Assembly (NCBI GenBank): GCA_965262715.1 | Contig: OZ253553.1 | Coordinates: 2,336,001 to 2,400,000 of the forward strand | Direction: 5' to 3' | From: Bdellovibrionales bacterium | Lineage (GTDB): Bacteria; Bdellovibrionota; Bdellovibrionia; Bdellovibrionales; JAUICD01 | Length of the DNA stretch: 64,000 bases | In this document: one piece after another, positions 42,307 to 52,712 of the stretch | Numbering within the stretch: the first letter of the stretch is position 1 | How the letters are laid out: every line of letters starts with the position of its first letter | Notes under the pieces: model-generated | The model's database searches: none | Seen by the model: the letters and a program-made list of their open reading frames with translations, nothing else | Told to the model about the DNA's origin: nothing | Program-made: the position numbers and the translations under genes

Positions 42307-42603
42307 TATGCTCCTTTATGATTCCATTTTGATAAAAAGTTGTTGTGAGTGGCTCTAAGGGTCTAATTTTCACACAAAACATCTATTAATTATATTTTGT
42401 TATTTAAATAGTATTTGTCAATAAGAAACTGGTTTGTTTTGTAGCGTATTTGTAATACATTCTTTTAACCTATGGTTATAATCATAGGAGTCAAGATGAA
42501 TCCGCTGTTTACATTTATCTTCAATAATAATTTCTTGTACTGGCTCACCCATTTCAAAACTTAGAACTGTCATCGGCTGTGAGGTTAAAGTGAGGTGTAC
42601 CCT

Positions 42604-43386
42604 TTATTTGGAGGATCCGTTCCATATTTTACTCACTTCTGAGATTCCCATTGTTGTTAATTCTCCTGTTTTCCATTTAGCTTCAAATTCATTAGGTGAT
42701 AAGTAACCTAATGAAGAATGTCGCCTTTTTTTATTATACATACCTTCGATAAACTTTGGAATACTTCTTAACACATCTTCAAAAGTTTTATACTCACACA
42801 GATGAACTTCTTCTCGTTTTAAAGAGCTAAAGAAAGATTCAACAAATGCATTATCCCAACAATTGGCTTTTCTCGACATACTGATCTTAAAGCCTTTTTC
42901 TTTAAGCTTGTAGGTATAATCTTTACTGGTGTATTGCACACCTTGATCACTATGATGAATACATCCTTTAGTATCTGATCTCTGCTCTAAACTCATCTCT
43001 AAAGCTCCTAAACAAAGCTCTGTGTTGATCTCTCTAGAAATAGCCCACCCTACAATCTTCCTTGAAAAAATATCTAAAATCACTGCTAAAAAAACAAAAC
43101 CATCTTGAATCCTAATGTATGTGATATCTGTTACCCAAAGCTGGTTGGGTCTATTCACTTCAATGCCAAAAGTTAAATTCGGATAAACTCGATTTGAATG
43201 TTTAGAATCTGTGGTTGAAACTCTAAAACCCTTGTAAATCAAAGCTTTTAAACCGTATTTCCGCATAATCCGAGCAATTCTCTTGCGGTTGGCTTTAATA
43301 CTCTTCTCTTGCTCAAGTTCCAATTGAATACGACGTATTCCATACATCGGATATTTACACTGTATCCTCTCAATCTGCTCTTTCAA
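42604..43386 (-). CDS. IS3 transposase OrfB (DDE integrase core)
   Basis: WVTDITY, HHSDQGVQY, DNAFVESFF, RRHSSLGYLSP. Confidence 0.95.
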   Translation of the reverse strand: MKEQIERIQCKYPMYGIRRIQLELEQEKSIKANRKRIARIMRKYGLKALIYKGFRVSTTDSKHSNRVYPNLTFGIEVNRPNQLWVTDITYIRIQDGFVFLAVILDIFSRKIVGWAISREINTELCLGALEMSLEQRSDTKGCIHHSDQGVQYTSKDYTYKLKEKGFKISMSRKANCWDNAFVESFFSSLKREEVHLCEYKTFEDVLRSIPKFIEGMYNKKRRHSSLGYLSPNEFEAKWKTGELTTMGISEVSKIWNGSSK

Positions 43387-43457
43387 ATCAAAATCCCTTT
43401 GCTCTCGCTCTTGCTGTGAAACCTTTCTCTTGTAATAGTAGCTGCTTAAAGGTAATC

Positions 43458-43808
43458 CTAACGCTTTACACGTTTTTGAAATTGATCCAAATTCTTGCCA
43501 GTGATTACAGACGATCTCACGCTTCTCCTCTGTTGAAGCTCCTTTTTGGCCTTTTTTAAAAACTCGTTCTCTAAGCTGAGCTGTCCTACCTTTGCCTGAA
43601 GTGCATATATTTGTCTCTCTAGAGATCTCTCCCTTGATGAAGGGGTTCCCAAAGGTGTCCCTTGTTGATACTTCTTAAACCACTCTAAGACTGTTTGGCG
43701 ATGAAGTTGATGCTCCCGACAAATCTCTAACAAAGATCTGCCTTCATGCATCGATTTACAAATAGCTTCCTTGAATTGAACATTAAATCGTCTTCTTACT
43801 TTGCCCAT
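43458..43808 (-). CDS. IS3 transposase OrfA (HTH)
   Basis: HTH plus leucine zipper; A6G slippery motif at 43551-43557. Confidence 0.9.
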   Translation of the reverse strand: MGKVRRRFNVQFKEAICKSMHEGRSLLEICREHQLHRQTVLEWFKKYQQGTPLGTPSSRERSLERQIYALQAKVGQLSLENEFLKKAKKELQQRRSVRSSVITGKNLDQFQKRVKR

Positions 43809-44046
43809 GATCTTCCTCCTGCTCTTATAGCTTTTTATAGCTAAAATTCAGGAATCTCAAGTGAGTTACTTTATCACTTAACTCTCCAGTTTATGGGGTA
43901 CAGACCAAAGTTATAAGACTTATATATCTGCTATTTTATTCAATTTTGAATTAAACATTTTTAAACTCTTAAATTTTGTAATAATTTAAGGCTTTTGAGA
44001 TGGCTTATAGTGAAATTAACTCTCCTGCAAATCAATTTAACTGCTT

Positions 44047-45375
44047 ATGACGTATATTATATACCTTAATGATATTATTAAATTTTTATTAACATCCTTG
44101 ACAAAGACGCTATTTTTTTTAAATGTACAAAAGGTATGCTTATTGGTTGGTCTGGGAAGAAGAATTTATGTCATGATAAAATATAAACAGTTTATATTAG
44201 TTTCTCTTTTAATCCTTGTTTTTGAGCCATTATATGCTAACAGGAATGGCAGAAGGATGCCAGCTAGAGAAGGCTCACAAGAAGTCTTAAAACCAAGTGA
44301 GCAAATACAACCTACAAGTCCTGAGGAGATAACTGATGGAGCAAAGCCTTTACGAGATGCTGGTTTATGCCGTGATTCACTTACAAACACATCAACAAGG
44401 AATAGGATTTCTAATAGTGGTAATTATAGTATAACAGAAGTTGTTGCTGAAAATGATTTAGACAGTGTTAAATCTTTGATAGAAAGCAAAGTAGATGTTG
44501 ATTCAAGAAGAGCTCGCTTTGGTAAGACAGCTCTTATGATAGCAATAATAAACAATAATATAGAAATAGCTTATCTGCTATTAGAAGCTGGGGCAAGTGT
44601 GCATAGTACGGATGGTGAAGGTAATACTCCACTTCACTATGCTAAAGACGTAGAGTTAATACAAAAATTAGTTGATATTGGAGCAGGTGTGCATGCTCGA
44701 AATAAGGAAGATCAAACGCCATTGCATAAAGCTAAGAATGTAGAAATATCGAGAGCTTTAATTGAATTAGGCGCAGATGTACATGCTCGAGATGATAAGG
44801 GTAATACACCATTACACTTAGCTAGAAATGCGTTAATGGTCTCTTTTTTACTAACTTCGAGAGCAGATCCTAATGCTAGAGATAAAAAATTTAAAACTTT
44901 ACTACATAAGATTCAAATTGAATCAATAGCAGTACTCGTTTTAATTGATCACGGAGCAGATATAGAAGCTGAAGATATGGACGGCAGAACGCCATTACAC
45001 AATGCTGCAAATGGATCAATAGCATACCAGTTAATTCAAAGAGAGGCGAATGTGCATGCTAGAGATAATACTGGTAAGACACCAATGCATACGGCTCGCA
45101 ATGAAAGAATAGCACAGCTTTTGATAGAGGCTGGAGTTGATGTAAGCACTCCAGATGACTATGGCAGTACACCGCTGCATACAACTAGAAGTGCAGGTGT
45201 GGCAGGGCTTTTAATAAAGCATGGAGCGGATATAGATGCCGTAGATAGATACGGTAGAAAACCTGATGCCTCTGCTAATTTGGAAGTAAAAGCAGTTTTA
45301 GCTGCAGAAAGAATAGCAAGAGGTAATTATAGAAATGGATTTGTCCAAAGAGCAGTGTCTTTGTTTGTAAGGTAA
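44047..45375 (+). CDS. Secreted ankyrin-repeat protein (start probably ~44173)
   Basis: About 9 TPLH.A...L...GADV units. Confidence 0.9.
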   Translation: MTYIIYLNDIIKFLLTSLTKTLFFLNVQKVCLLVGLGRRIYVMIKYKQFILVSLLILVFEPLYANRNGRRMPAREGSQEVLKPSEQIQPTSPEEITDGAKPLRDAGLCRDSLTNTSTRNRISNSGNYSITEVVAENDLDSVKSLIESKVDVDSRRARFGKTALMIAIINNNIEIAYLLLEAGASVHSTDGEGNTPLHYAKDVELIQKLVDIGAGVHARNKEDQTPLHKAKNVEISRALIELGADVHARDDKGNTPLHLARNALMVSFLLTSRADPNARDKKFKTLLHKIQIESIAVLVLIDHGADIEAEDMDGRTPLHNAANGSIAYQLIQREANVHARDNTGKTPMHTARNERIAQLLIEAGVDVSTPDDYGSTPLHTTRSAGVAGLLIKHGADIDAVDRYGRKPDASANLEVKAVLAAERIARGNYRNGFVQRAVSLFVR

Positions 45376-45624
45376 GTAAAGTGAATAAGGCGTTATACAT
45401 TTTTGGTTGCTGTCGTTTTTATGTAAGGTAATATTTGGAAAAGTATAGATCTAAAACTCATAAGATTTAGATTAGAAGGGATAACTGATGTCAAGGATGT
45501 ATAATTATATAAAATCGATAAATTCATTAACTGCTTAAAATGTTATGAGCCTAATCTTATTTCCTATTTGGCTATTTACCTGTGCCTACTTTGTAAAGTC
45601 TGCCATAATCTCCTATCTAGTATA

Positions 45625-46962
45625 CGTGACTTCAAATCGCAAGTGCAACACTTTTGTGTTTATAGATATTTTTAAAAGTTGTATCATTTTAAGATTAATA
45701 TTTCAACAAAGTTTTAATTATCATGAAAGATTATAGTAAATTATTTAATTTGAATGAATGTATTTTGATGTTTATGGCAAAGTCTCGTAGTCCTCGAGCT
45801 AAAGCTCTGCGGAAGAACAATCCTTTGCCATAAACATCAAGCTGTCAAATAAACATTTTCAGAAGTTATTATATATAAGTAAAATTAAATGGATAAACTA
45901 TGAATAACTTCAGCAAACCATCTTTTGTCTATGAAACTCATTAGGAGTTAGAAAACCTAAACTCTTTCGAGGGCGATGGTTTAAAAAAAACTCAACCTTT
46001 TTTACATCCTTAGAGGCGATTTCTCTAAAATCTGTCTTCTTTGGAAAATACTGACGGATTAAACCATTCGTGTTCTCATTTAAACCTCTCTGATATGAAC
46101 TGTAAGGATGTGCAAAATAAACTTTACATCCAGTATATTCACTGATCTTCTCATGACACGAAAATTCTTTACCATTATCCAAAGTCATTGTATGAACAAC
46201 CTCTCCTTTAAGAGCTTTAGAAATAGCATGAAAAACTGCCTCAGATCTCTTAGATTCTATTTTGACAATCCTCGTCTTCTTAGAACATCTATCTACCAGC
46301 GTGACTAAAGCTCCTTTATGATGTCTACCTATCATTAGATCACCTTCCCAGTCTCCTATCCGACTCTTCTTATCTACTATCTTAGGCCTTTTATCAATGC
46401 TCACTCTATTCTTTATCTGACCCCTTTTATCAAATCTACTTGTACCATATCGCTTCTTGCGTTGCCTCTGACATCTTAAAAATTTGTAGAGATCTCCTCC
46501 TGATTGCTTATCTCGAAGAATATGCTGATAAATACTCTCATGACTTATAGACAAACCTTTTGGTTTAAGAAAACCGGATATCTGTTCCGGACTCCAACAT
46601 TCACAAAGAAACCTCTCAAGCTTATTAATGACTTTTTGTGTTATCTTTATATGTCTATGAGAGTTTTGAAGACGATCGACTGCTTTTTCATGGGCTTGTT
46701 GAGGACGATGACCTCGCAAACCTTTGTTACGATTCAATTCCCTATATATGGTGCTTTTATCTCGACCTAGTTGCGTAGCAATTGAACTTATTGATTTTCC
46801 ACTTTGCAAAAGAGCTAAAATCTGGTATCTATCACTTTGGGTTAGATGAGTGTACTTACTCATGGAATACTCCTTTCGTTATGTAAAGTTATTGATTAGA
46901 GTATTCCTCTAACCCCCTTTAAACAACTATGCAAGGAGTTGCACTTACAACTTGAATCCACC
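45625..46962 (-). mobile_element. IS30-family insertion sequence
   Basis: Imperfect 25-bp IRs CGTGACTTCAAATCGCAAGTGCAAC / GTTGCACTTACAACTTGAATCCACC (19/25) around an IS30 transposase. Confidence 0.8.
45910..46863 (-). CDS. IS30-family transposase
   Basis: WSPEQI, GDWEGD, TLDNGKEF, QRGLNENTNGLIRQYFPK. Confidence 0.96.
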   Translation of the reverse strand: MSKYTHLTQSDRYQILALLQSGKSISSIATQLGRDKSTIYRELNRNKGLRGHRPQQAHEKAVDRLQNSHRHIKITQKVINKLERFLCECWSPEQISGFLKPKGLSISHESIYQHILRDKQSGGDLYKFLRCQRQRKKRYGTSRFDKRGQIKNRVSIDKRPKIVDKKSRIGDWEGDLMIGRHHKGALVTLVDRCSKKTRIVKIESKRSEAVFHAISKALKGEVVHTMTLDNGKEFSCHEKISEYTGCKVYFAHPYSSYQRGLNENTNGLIRQYFPKKTDFREIASKDVKKVEFFLNHRPRKSLGFLTPNEFHRQKMVC

Positions 46963-47070
46963 TTATGTTAGAGGCCAAGTGGTGTGATTTGCAGAACATT
47001 AAGTGATGTATCCTTTGTAAGGGTCATGATTTTCAGTAAGCTTTTTGCATAAATAGTGAGATTTTATTTT

Positions 47071-50000
47071 CTATAAATTTTGGATATAAATGAGTTCTTC
47101 GTAGATAGCTTGCCATTTTAAACTTTGAAGTTTAATTTTTAAGCAATGATTTGGACTGATTTGATATTTCTTATTTTGCTTTGTAGCAAGATGGACAATC
47201 TTTTCTCCAGATAAGGGTGTTTTTTCTGTAAAAGTTAAGGATAAGTTTTTGTTTCCTGCTTTAAGATCACGAATGCCAAGTTGCTTGCATAAAAACCTAA
47301 TTACCATAACACCAAATAAATTCAAGACAGACTCTGGAGGCTCTCCAAACTGATCACGCACGTCCTCTTCAATAATATCAACCTCTTTAATGTCTTTGAT
47401 TTTTGAAAGCTTTCGGTAAAAAGCTAATCGCACTCTTATATCTGGCATATATTTATCGGGTATAAGAGCAGGTATTGGAATATGAATTTCTGGTTCCAAC
47501 TGAGATAAATTAGCCTCTCCTTTAACAGAAGCAATAGCTTCTTCTAAAAGCTCTAAATACAAATCATATCCTACAGCTTCTACATGTCCTGACTGAGCTT
47601 CTCCTAATAAATGACCAGCTCCTCTTAACTCTAGGTCATAATGAGCAATTTGAAGACCGCTACCTAAATCAGAGTGTTCTTGTAGAGTCTTTAGCCTCCG
47701 TTGAGCTATAGGATCAATACGGCCAGAGGTTGGCAATAAAAGATAACAATAAGCTCTTTTATTAGAACGACCTATACGTCCTCTTAATTGATATAATTGA
47801 GATAATCCAAATTTATCAGCTCTATTAACTATCATGGTGTTAGCTTGAGGGATGTCTATCCCAGATTCTATAATAGTTGTACACAGTAGTACATCAAACT
47901 CATGATGAAGAAACTCTAACATGGTTTTTTCTAAGTCTCTTTCTGGAACTTTTCCATGACCTACTTTAATTCTAATACCAGGCAATAATTTTTTAAGCTT
48001 TTCCTCTTCTTCACGCATAGACTGTATATGATTATGAATATAAAAGACTTGTCCTCCTCTTTGAATCTCTGATAAAATGGCTTTTTTGATCATTTTAGGA
48101 TCAAATTTACAAACAAAAGTTCTAGAAGGGAGACGATCTTGTGGTGCTGTATTGATTAAGCTTAAGTCTCTTAAACCCATTAAACTCATGTTTAATGTTC
48201 TAGGTATGGGAGTTGCAGATAGTGTTAGTGTATCTACACCTAACTTAATCTGACGTATTTTTTCTTTTTGAGAGACTCCAAATCTTTGCTCTTCATCAAT
48301 AATCAAAAGTCCCAGGTTACTAGGCATGACACTTCGACCAAAAAGTTTATGTGTCCCAATAATAATATCAATCTTATTTGACTTTAGGTCCTGTAAAACT
48401 TGTTTTTGTTCTTTCATAGGAGTTAATCGACTAATATGTTTGATATTTATAGACCATCGGTTAAATCGATTTTGAAAAGTTTCATAATGCTGAAAACATA
48501 AAATAGTTGTGGGCACAAGTATCATGCATTGTTTTTGATTTAAAACACAATGAAAGGCTGCTCTCATGGCTACTTCTGTTTTACCAAAACCTACATCACC
48601 ACAAACAAGTCGATCCATTGATTTGGAGCTTGTCATATCAGAAATAACATCAGATATAGCTTTGTTTTGATCTTGTGTTTCTTCATAAGGGAAATAGGCT
48701 TCAAATTCCTTAAACTCAGGTCCTGGAGAGGTAAAAGGCTCTTTGCTATGTTGAGATCTTTTCGCATAAACTTGTAAAAGGTCATTGGCTATATCTTTAA
48801 GATGTAATTTTACCTTAATGGTAACTTGCTTCCAGCGATTTCCACCAAGAGTGTCAAGTACCCCAGGTCCAGAATACTTTTGTATTTGTCCTACCTTATA
48901 AATAGGTAAGTAAAGCTTATTATCATCTTTATATTTTATTTGTATAAACTCATAATCAATGCCTTGGATGTTAATTATTTTTAAGCCTTCATATATGCCT
49001 ACACCATTATCCACATGGACCACTTTGTTTCCAACTTGCATGTCAGCAAAGGATAAATGTGGCTGCTGTATTGTAGGCTGTTTTGTTGGTTGATCGTGTG
49101 ATGTTCTTTTCTTTCCAAAGAAATCCTCTTCTCTTAAAAGAATAAACTTTTCATTGATAAAACGGAGACTTTCACTTACAGGATAAGGTATAATTAAAGG
49201 CAGAAGTGTTTGGGAAGAACTTGGTGATTTTATTTCTAAAGTAGATATATAATCTTCAGATGGAGACTCTTTCTGATTGTGTAAGTTCCAAATCCAATTT
49301 TGTGTATCATTTTGAATTGTTGAGCTTATATCTTTAGTTTTTAGAAGACTTTGAAGCCTACTAGCTTGTGTTATCGTGTGTGTGGATATGATAATTTGAT
49401 AGCACTCATGTATCCAAGCTTTTATTTTATCAAAAGCTATTTCAATAGAGGTTGTTTTATTTTGAATCAACTTACCAATAGACAGAACTTTCATGGAAAT
49501 GTCAGGTGTTGTTTTCTCTAAATCTTGAAGATCAGTAGGATTGAGAGTTGAGACTTCAAAACATTTTTTAACAGAATTTAAATTGATATCAGAAAATTGC
49601 GCATACAGTTGTTTTGCTAAGAAAGAGGCTGTTATAACTGAATCTGGTGAAGGAACTTCTATTTGATAGGGTTTATTATTCAATTTCTCAGTTGCTTGAG
49701 AAATTTCCATTGGATTAATTTTCCAAAGATTGATCTGATCTGTAAAATAATCTATAGGATTATTTAAACTTCCATAATAGTAACAAAGAAGATAATCAAT
49801 GCCATGGAAGTAATTTCCAAAAACTATATCGTGTAAAATATCCTCTGCATGTGAAATAGAATTTATTTTTTCTAATATAGATTTAATTTTTTGACTAGCA
49901 AGGTTTTTATTTTTATTAGAGATTAAAATTTCTCTACAAGGAATAATATCTGCTTGTAAAATAGGAGAAATAGACCTTTGAGTTTTAGGATCAAAAAGCC

Positions 50001-50598
50001 TTAATGATTCAACATACTGACCAAAAAGCTCAATACGAACAGGTGCATGAAGAGTTGGTGAAAAAATATCAATAATACCTCCTCTGATAGCGTATTGTCC
50101 GGGGTCTTCTACCATGGGGCTGGCAAAATATCCCATAGAAGAAAGCACTTTATCGATTGAATGAGGAATGTCAGTATTTTTTTCTAAATGCATAATGTGA
50201 GAGGAAAAAATATCAATTGGAAGTGTTTTTTGTAAAAAAGACTCTGTTGTGGCTAGATAAAGCCCATTATCTTTTTTTGAAGCATGGTAGAGCCATTGTA
50301 ATCTTTGAGCAATAACTTGTGGGTTAGGATACAAACCAGAGTCAGGGGCCACATCAAAAGCAGGCAGAGTGAAAACACTTCCAGAAAATCCAAAAAATTT
50401 AAGATTCATGATCATACTCTGCATATATTTGCGGTGAGGCAGTAAAATAAGGTTTGGGATTTGACTTATATCTGTTTGCGAGATTATGGAAAGTAGCTTA
50501 GAGATAGCTACAGTTGAAGTAGTCCCTGATATAAAGATATCTTTACTTTCTCTTTTGTATGCTTGGAGAATTTGAGATTCTGTTTGGGTAAAGTCCAT
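47071..50598 (-). CDS. mfd: Transcription-repair coupling factor
   Basis: RGGIIDIF, CGDVGFGKTEVA, DEEQRFGV, QLRGRIGR, TRCF C-terminus. Confidence 0.97.
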   Translation of the reverse strand: MDFTQTESQILQAYKRESKDIFISGTTSTVAISKLLSIISQTDISQIPNLILLPHRKYMQSMIMNLKFFGFSGSVFTLPAFDVAPDSGLYPNPQVIAQRLQWLYHASKKDNGLYLATTESFLQKTLPIDIFSSHIMHLEKNTDIPHSIDKVLSSMGYFASPMVEDPGQYAIRGGIIDIFSPTLHAPVRIELFGQYVESLRLFDPKTQRSISPILQADIIPCREILISNKNKNLASQKIKSILEKINSISHAEDILHDIVFGNYFHGIDYLLCYYYGSLNNPIDYFTDQINLWKINPMEISQATEKLNNKPYQIEVPSPDSVITASFLAKQLYAQFSDINLNSVKKCFEVSTLNPTDLQDLEKTTPDISMKVLSIGKLIQNKTTSIEIAFDKIKAWIHECYQIIISTHTITQASRLQSLLKTKDISSTIQNDTQNWIWNLHNQKESPSEDYISTLEIKSPSSSQTLLPLIIPYPVSESLRFINEKFILLREEDFFGKKRTSHDQPTKQPTIQQPHLSFADMQVGNKVVHVDNGVGIYEGLKIINIQGIDYEFIQIKYKDDNKLYLPIYKVGQIQKYSGPGVLDTLGGNRWKQVTIKVKLHLKDIANDLLQVYAKRSQHSKEPFTSPGPEFKEFEAYFPYEETQDQNKAISDVISDMTSSKSMDRLVCGDVGFGKTEVAMRAAFHCVLNQKQCMILVPTTILCFQHYETFQNRFNRWSINIKHISRLTPMKEQKQVLQDLKSNKIDIIIGTHKLFGRSVMPSNLGLLIIDEEQRFGVSQKEKIRQIKLGVDTLTLSATPIPRTLNMSLMGLRDLSLINTAPQDRLPSRTFVCKFDPKMIKKAILSEIQRGGQVFYIHNHIQSMREEEEKLKKLLPGIRIKVGHGKVPERDLEKTMLEFLHHEFDVLLCTTIIESGIDIPQANTMIVNRADKFGLSQLYQLRGRIGRSNKRAYCYLLLPTSGRIDPIAQRRLKTLQEHSDLGSGLQIAHYDLELRGAGHLLGEAQSGHVEAVGYDLYLELLEEAIASVKGEANLSQLEPEIHIPIPALIPDKYMPDIRVRLAFYRKLSKIKDIKEVDIIEEDVRDQFGEPPESVLNLFGVMVIRFLCKQLGIRDLKAGNKNLSLTFTEKTPLSGEKIVHLATKQNKKYQISPNHCLKIKLQSLKWQAIYEELIYIQNL

Positions 50599-50665
50599 AT
50601 TTATGACTTATAAGACATTATAGGGTTTTTGCACAAACATTTTAATAATTGGCTTTACGCAACCC

Positions 50666-50770
50666 TTATAATTTTAAAAGATATATTGTTATTTATTGAT
50701 TTATCTAAGTAAGTCTTTCTTGATTGTCATTTTTGGAACATGGAATTCCAGGAAACCGGGAATTTGATAG
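50666..50770. repeat. Dispersed repeat family C, copy 2
   Basis: Homologous to 35395-35520. Confidence 0.65.
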
Positions 50771-50988
50771 CCTGTTTGATTGGATTTTTTTCATAATTAC
50801 GGGTGATAAGATATAGCTTGTCTGATTATTTGATTACTGGATTTTAGAAAACAAATAGTCAATTTATACTTCTATAACAAATTTAAGTTTTATTGTTTTA
50901 GCTCTTAACTATTTTGTGGTTTTTACCGAATTCTATTTGTAAATCTCTATTTCGTCTTTAGTGATGAGATAAGAAGGAAGTATAAAAA

Positions 50989-52464
50989 ATGAAACCTCTA
51001 AGAATCCTAGGAAAAGCTTATCGCTGTAGGAAAGTTCTTCTATTAACAGCTTTATTTGTTATGTTAGTAGGTTTTCAAAACTGTATGGACAGTGATTTTA
51101 GTAGGCAAAATAGAATGCCTGGTGCAGTAGGTTCTTTAGAAAGTACCGAAAACTTGCAAAACATAACACTTAATCAAGCTGATTTTAAACTTATACAAAG
51201 CATTGCAGCTGGGTCTGATCATACTTGTATGATTCTAGCTTCTGAAGATGAATCTATAACAGGTGGTTTAGTAAAATGTTGGGGTAGAAACGACTTTGGT
51301 CAACTAGGTACAGAAAATAGTCAAGATGATGATCCAAGCCAGGATGGGTTTTTTGTAGATTTAGGGGTAGGTCATACTGCTAAGGCTATTACCGCTGGGG
51401 ATCAGCATACCTGCGCTATCTTAGATAATGACAGGATCAAGTGTTGGGGCACTAATGATTATGGTCAATTAGGACTGGGTGATACCAATAATCGAGGTGG
51501 TAATGTGGAAAGTGAAATGGGCAATAATTTGCCTTATGTTGATTTAGGAGCAAATCACACAGTTAAAACTCTTTTTGCAAGATATAATTATACTTGTGCT
51601 ATCTTAGATAGTGATCAATTGAAATGTTGGGGAGACAATTACTTTGGTCAGTTAGGTTTAGGTGATATCGATGCTCGAGGTGATGCACCTAATGAAATGG
51701 GTGATAATCTACCCTATATTGATTTAGGTGAAGATCACACCATCAAAACAGTCAGTGCAGGCAAAAACCATACATGTGCTATCTTAGATAATGATCAATT
51801 GAAATGTTGGGGGATAAATAATTTTGGTCAATTGGGTTTGGGAGATAGAATGTCTAGAGGAGATGCTCTTGATGAGATGGGTGATAACTTGCCTTATGTT
51901 GATTTAGGAACAGATCGCACTGTTAAAGCCATCACTGCTGGAGATAGTTACACTTGCGGAATATTAGATAATGATCAATTGAAATGCTGGGGGTTGAACC
52001 TTCTATTTGGTCAGACTGAATTTATTAATTATGTAGGTGATGAAGCAAATGAGATGGGTGATTATCTTGGATATGTTCAACTGAATGCTGGCCGTGTGGC
52101 TCATTTTGTGACAGGAGGTCCTTATCACGTCTGTTTAGGTTTAGATAGTGGTCAAGTGAAATGTTGGGGCAGAAATGATAGAGGTCAATTAGGTTTGGGT
52201 GATACAGATTATCGAGGTGGTGCGAGTAATGAAAGTGTCGATCAATTGTCTGTTGTGAATTTGGGAACAGATCGCACTGCTCAATTTCTTGTGGCAGGAG
52301 ATAAACACACTTGTGGTGTATTGGATGATAATAAAATTAAATGTTGGGGCAGTAATGAACACAATCAATTGTGGCTAAATGATACAGAAGATCACAGAGG
52401 TGATATTCCTAATGAAATGGGTGATAACTTACCTTATATTGATTTTATAAGTGGTAATTTATAA
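50989..52464 (+). CDS. RCC1/BLIP-II repeat lipoprotein
   Basis: FQNC lipobox; seven HTC.IL...KCWG.N..GQLG units; paralogue of 35690-37615. Confidence 0.9.
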   Translation: MKPLRILGKAYRCRKVLLLTALFVMLVGFQNCMDSDFSRQNRMPGAVGSLESTENLQNITLNQADFKLIQSIAAGSDHTCMILASEDESITGGLVKCWGRNDFGQLGTENSQDDDPSQDGFFVDLGVGHTAKAITAGDQHTCAILDNDRIKCWGTNDYGQLGLGDTNNRGGNVESEMGNNLPYVDLGANHTVKTLFARYNYTCAILDSDQLKCWGDNYFGQLGLGDIDARGDAPNEMGDNLPYIDLGEDHTIKTVSAGKNHTCAILDNDQLKCWGINNFGQLGLGDRMSRGDALDEMGDNLPYVDLGTDRTVKAITAGDSYTCGILDNDQLKCWGLNLLFGQTEFINYVGDEANEMGDYLGYVQLNAGRVAHFVTGGPYHVCLGLDSGQVKCWGRNDRGQLGLGDTDYRGGASNESVDQLSVVNLGTDRTAQFLVAGDKHTCGVLDDNKIKCWGSNEHNQLWLNDTEDHRGDIPNEMGDNLPYIDFISGNL

Positions 52465-52712
52465 TGGGTAACTTTTCTTTAAGGAAGGCTCAATAGTTTT
52501 ATAACAATTTTTTATTTTAAAAAATATTTAATTAGAAAGAACTTGAGCGCAGGTTAAAGTTTTAAGGTTCGTATCAAAGTTATGATAAAAATCAACAAGA
52601 TTTTGAGTTTTTATCATATCTCTTATCTTTGTCATCAATGTTCTTTCTTCTATTTGACTAAGTTGTGGTTCTTGTTTTAAGGCTTCCATCATATTTTTTA
52701 GTTCATAGCTTT

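Larger units (their letters stand above)
42591..43907 (-). mobile_element. IS3-family insertion sequence (1317 bp)
   Basis: Ends TGAGGTGTACCC / GGGTACAGACCA (TG...CA), AAG on both flanks; orfA + orfB. Confidence 0.9.

Noticed and set aside
42191..42382. 63-aa ORF upstream of prfB
   Set aside because: Alternative frame over the true prfB N-terminal segment
44350..44380. Similarity of spacers 3/8 (VRESGLCE) to ankyrin gene segment LRDAGLCR, as possible self-targeting
   Set aside because: Only about 10 contiguous identical bases and mismatches at the PAM-proximal end; no convincing self-target seen in the window by eye
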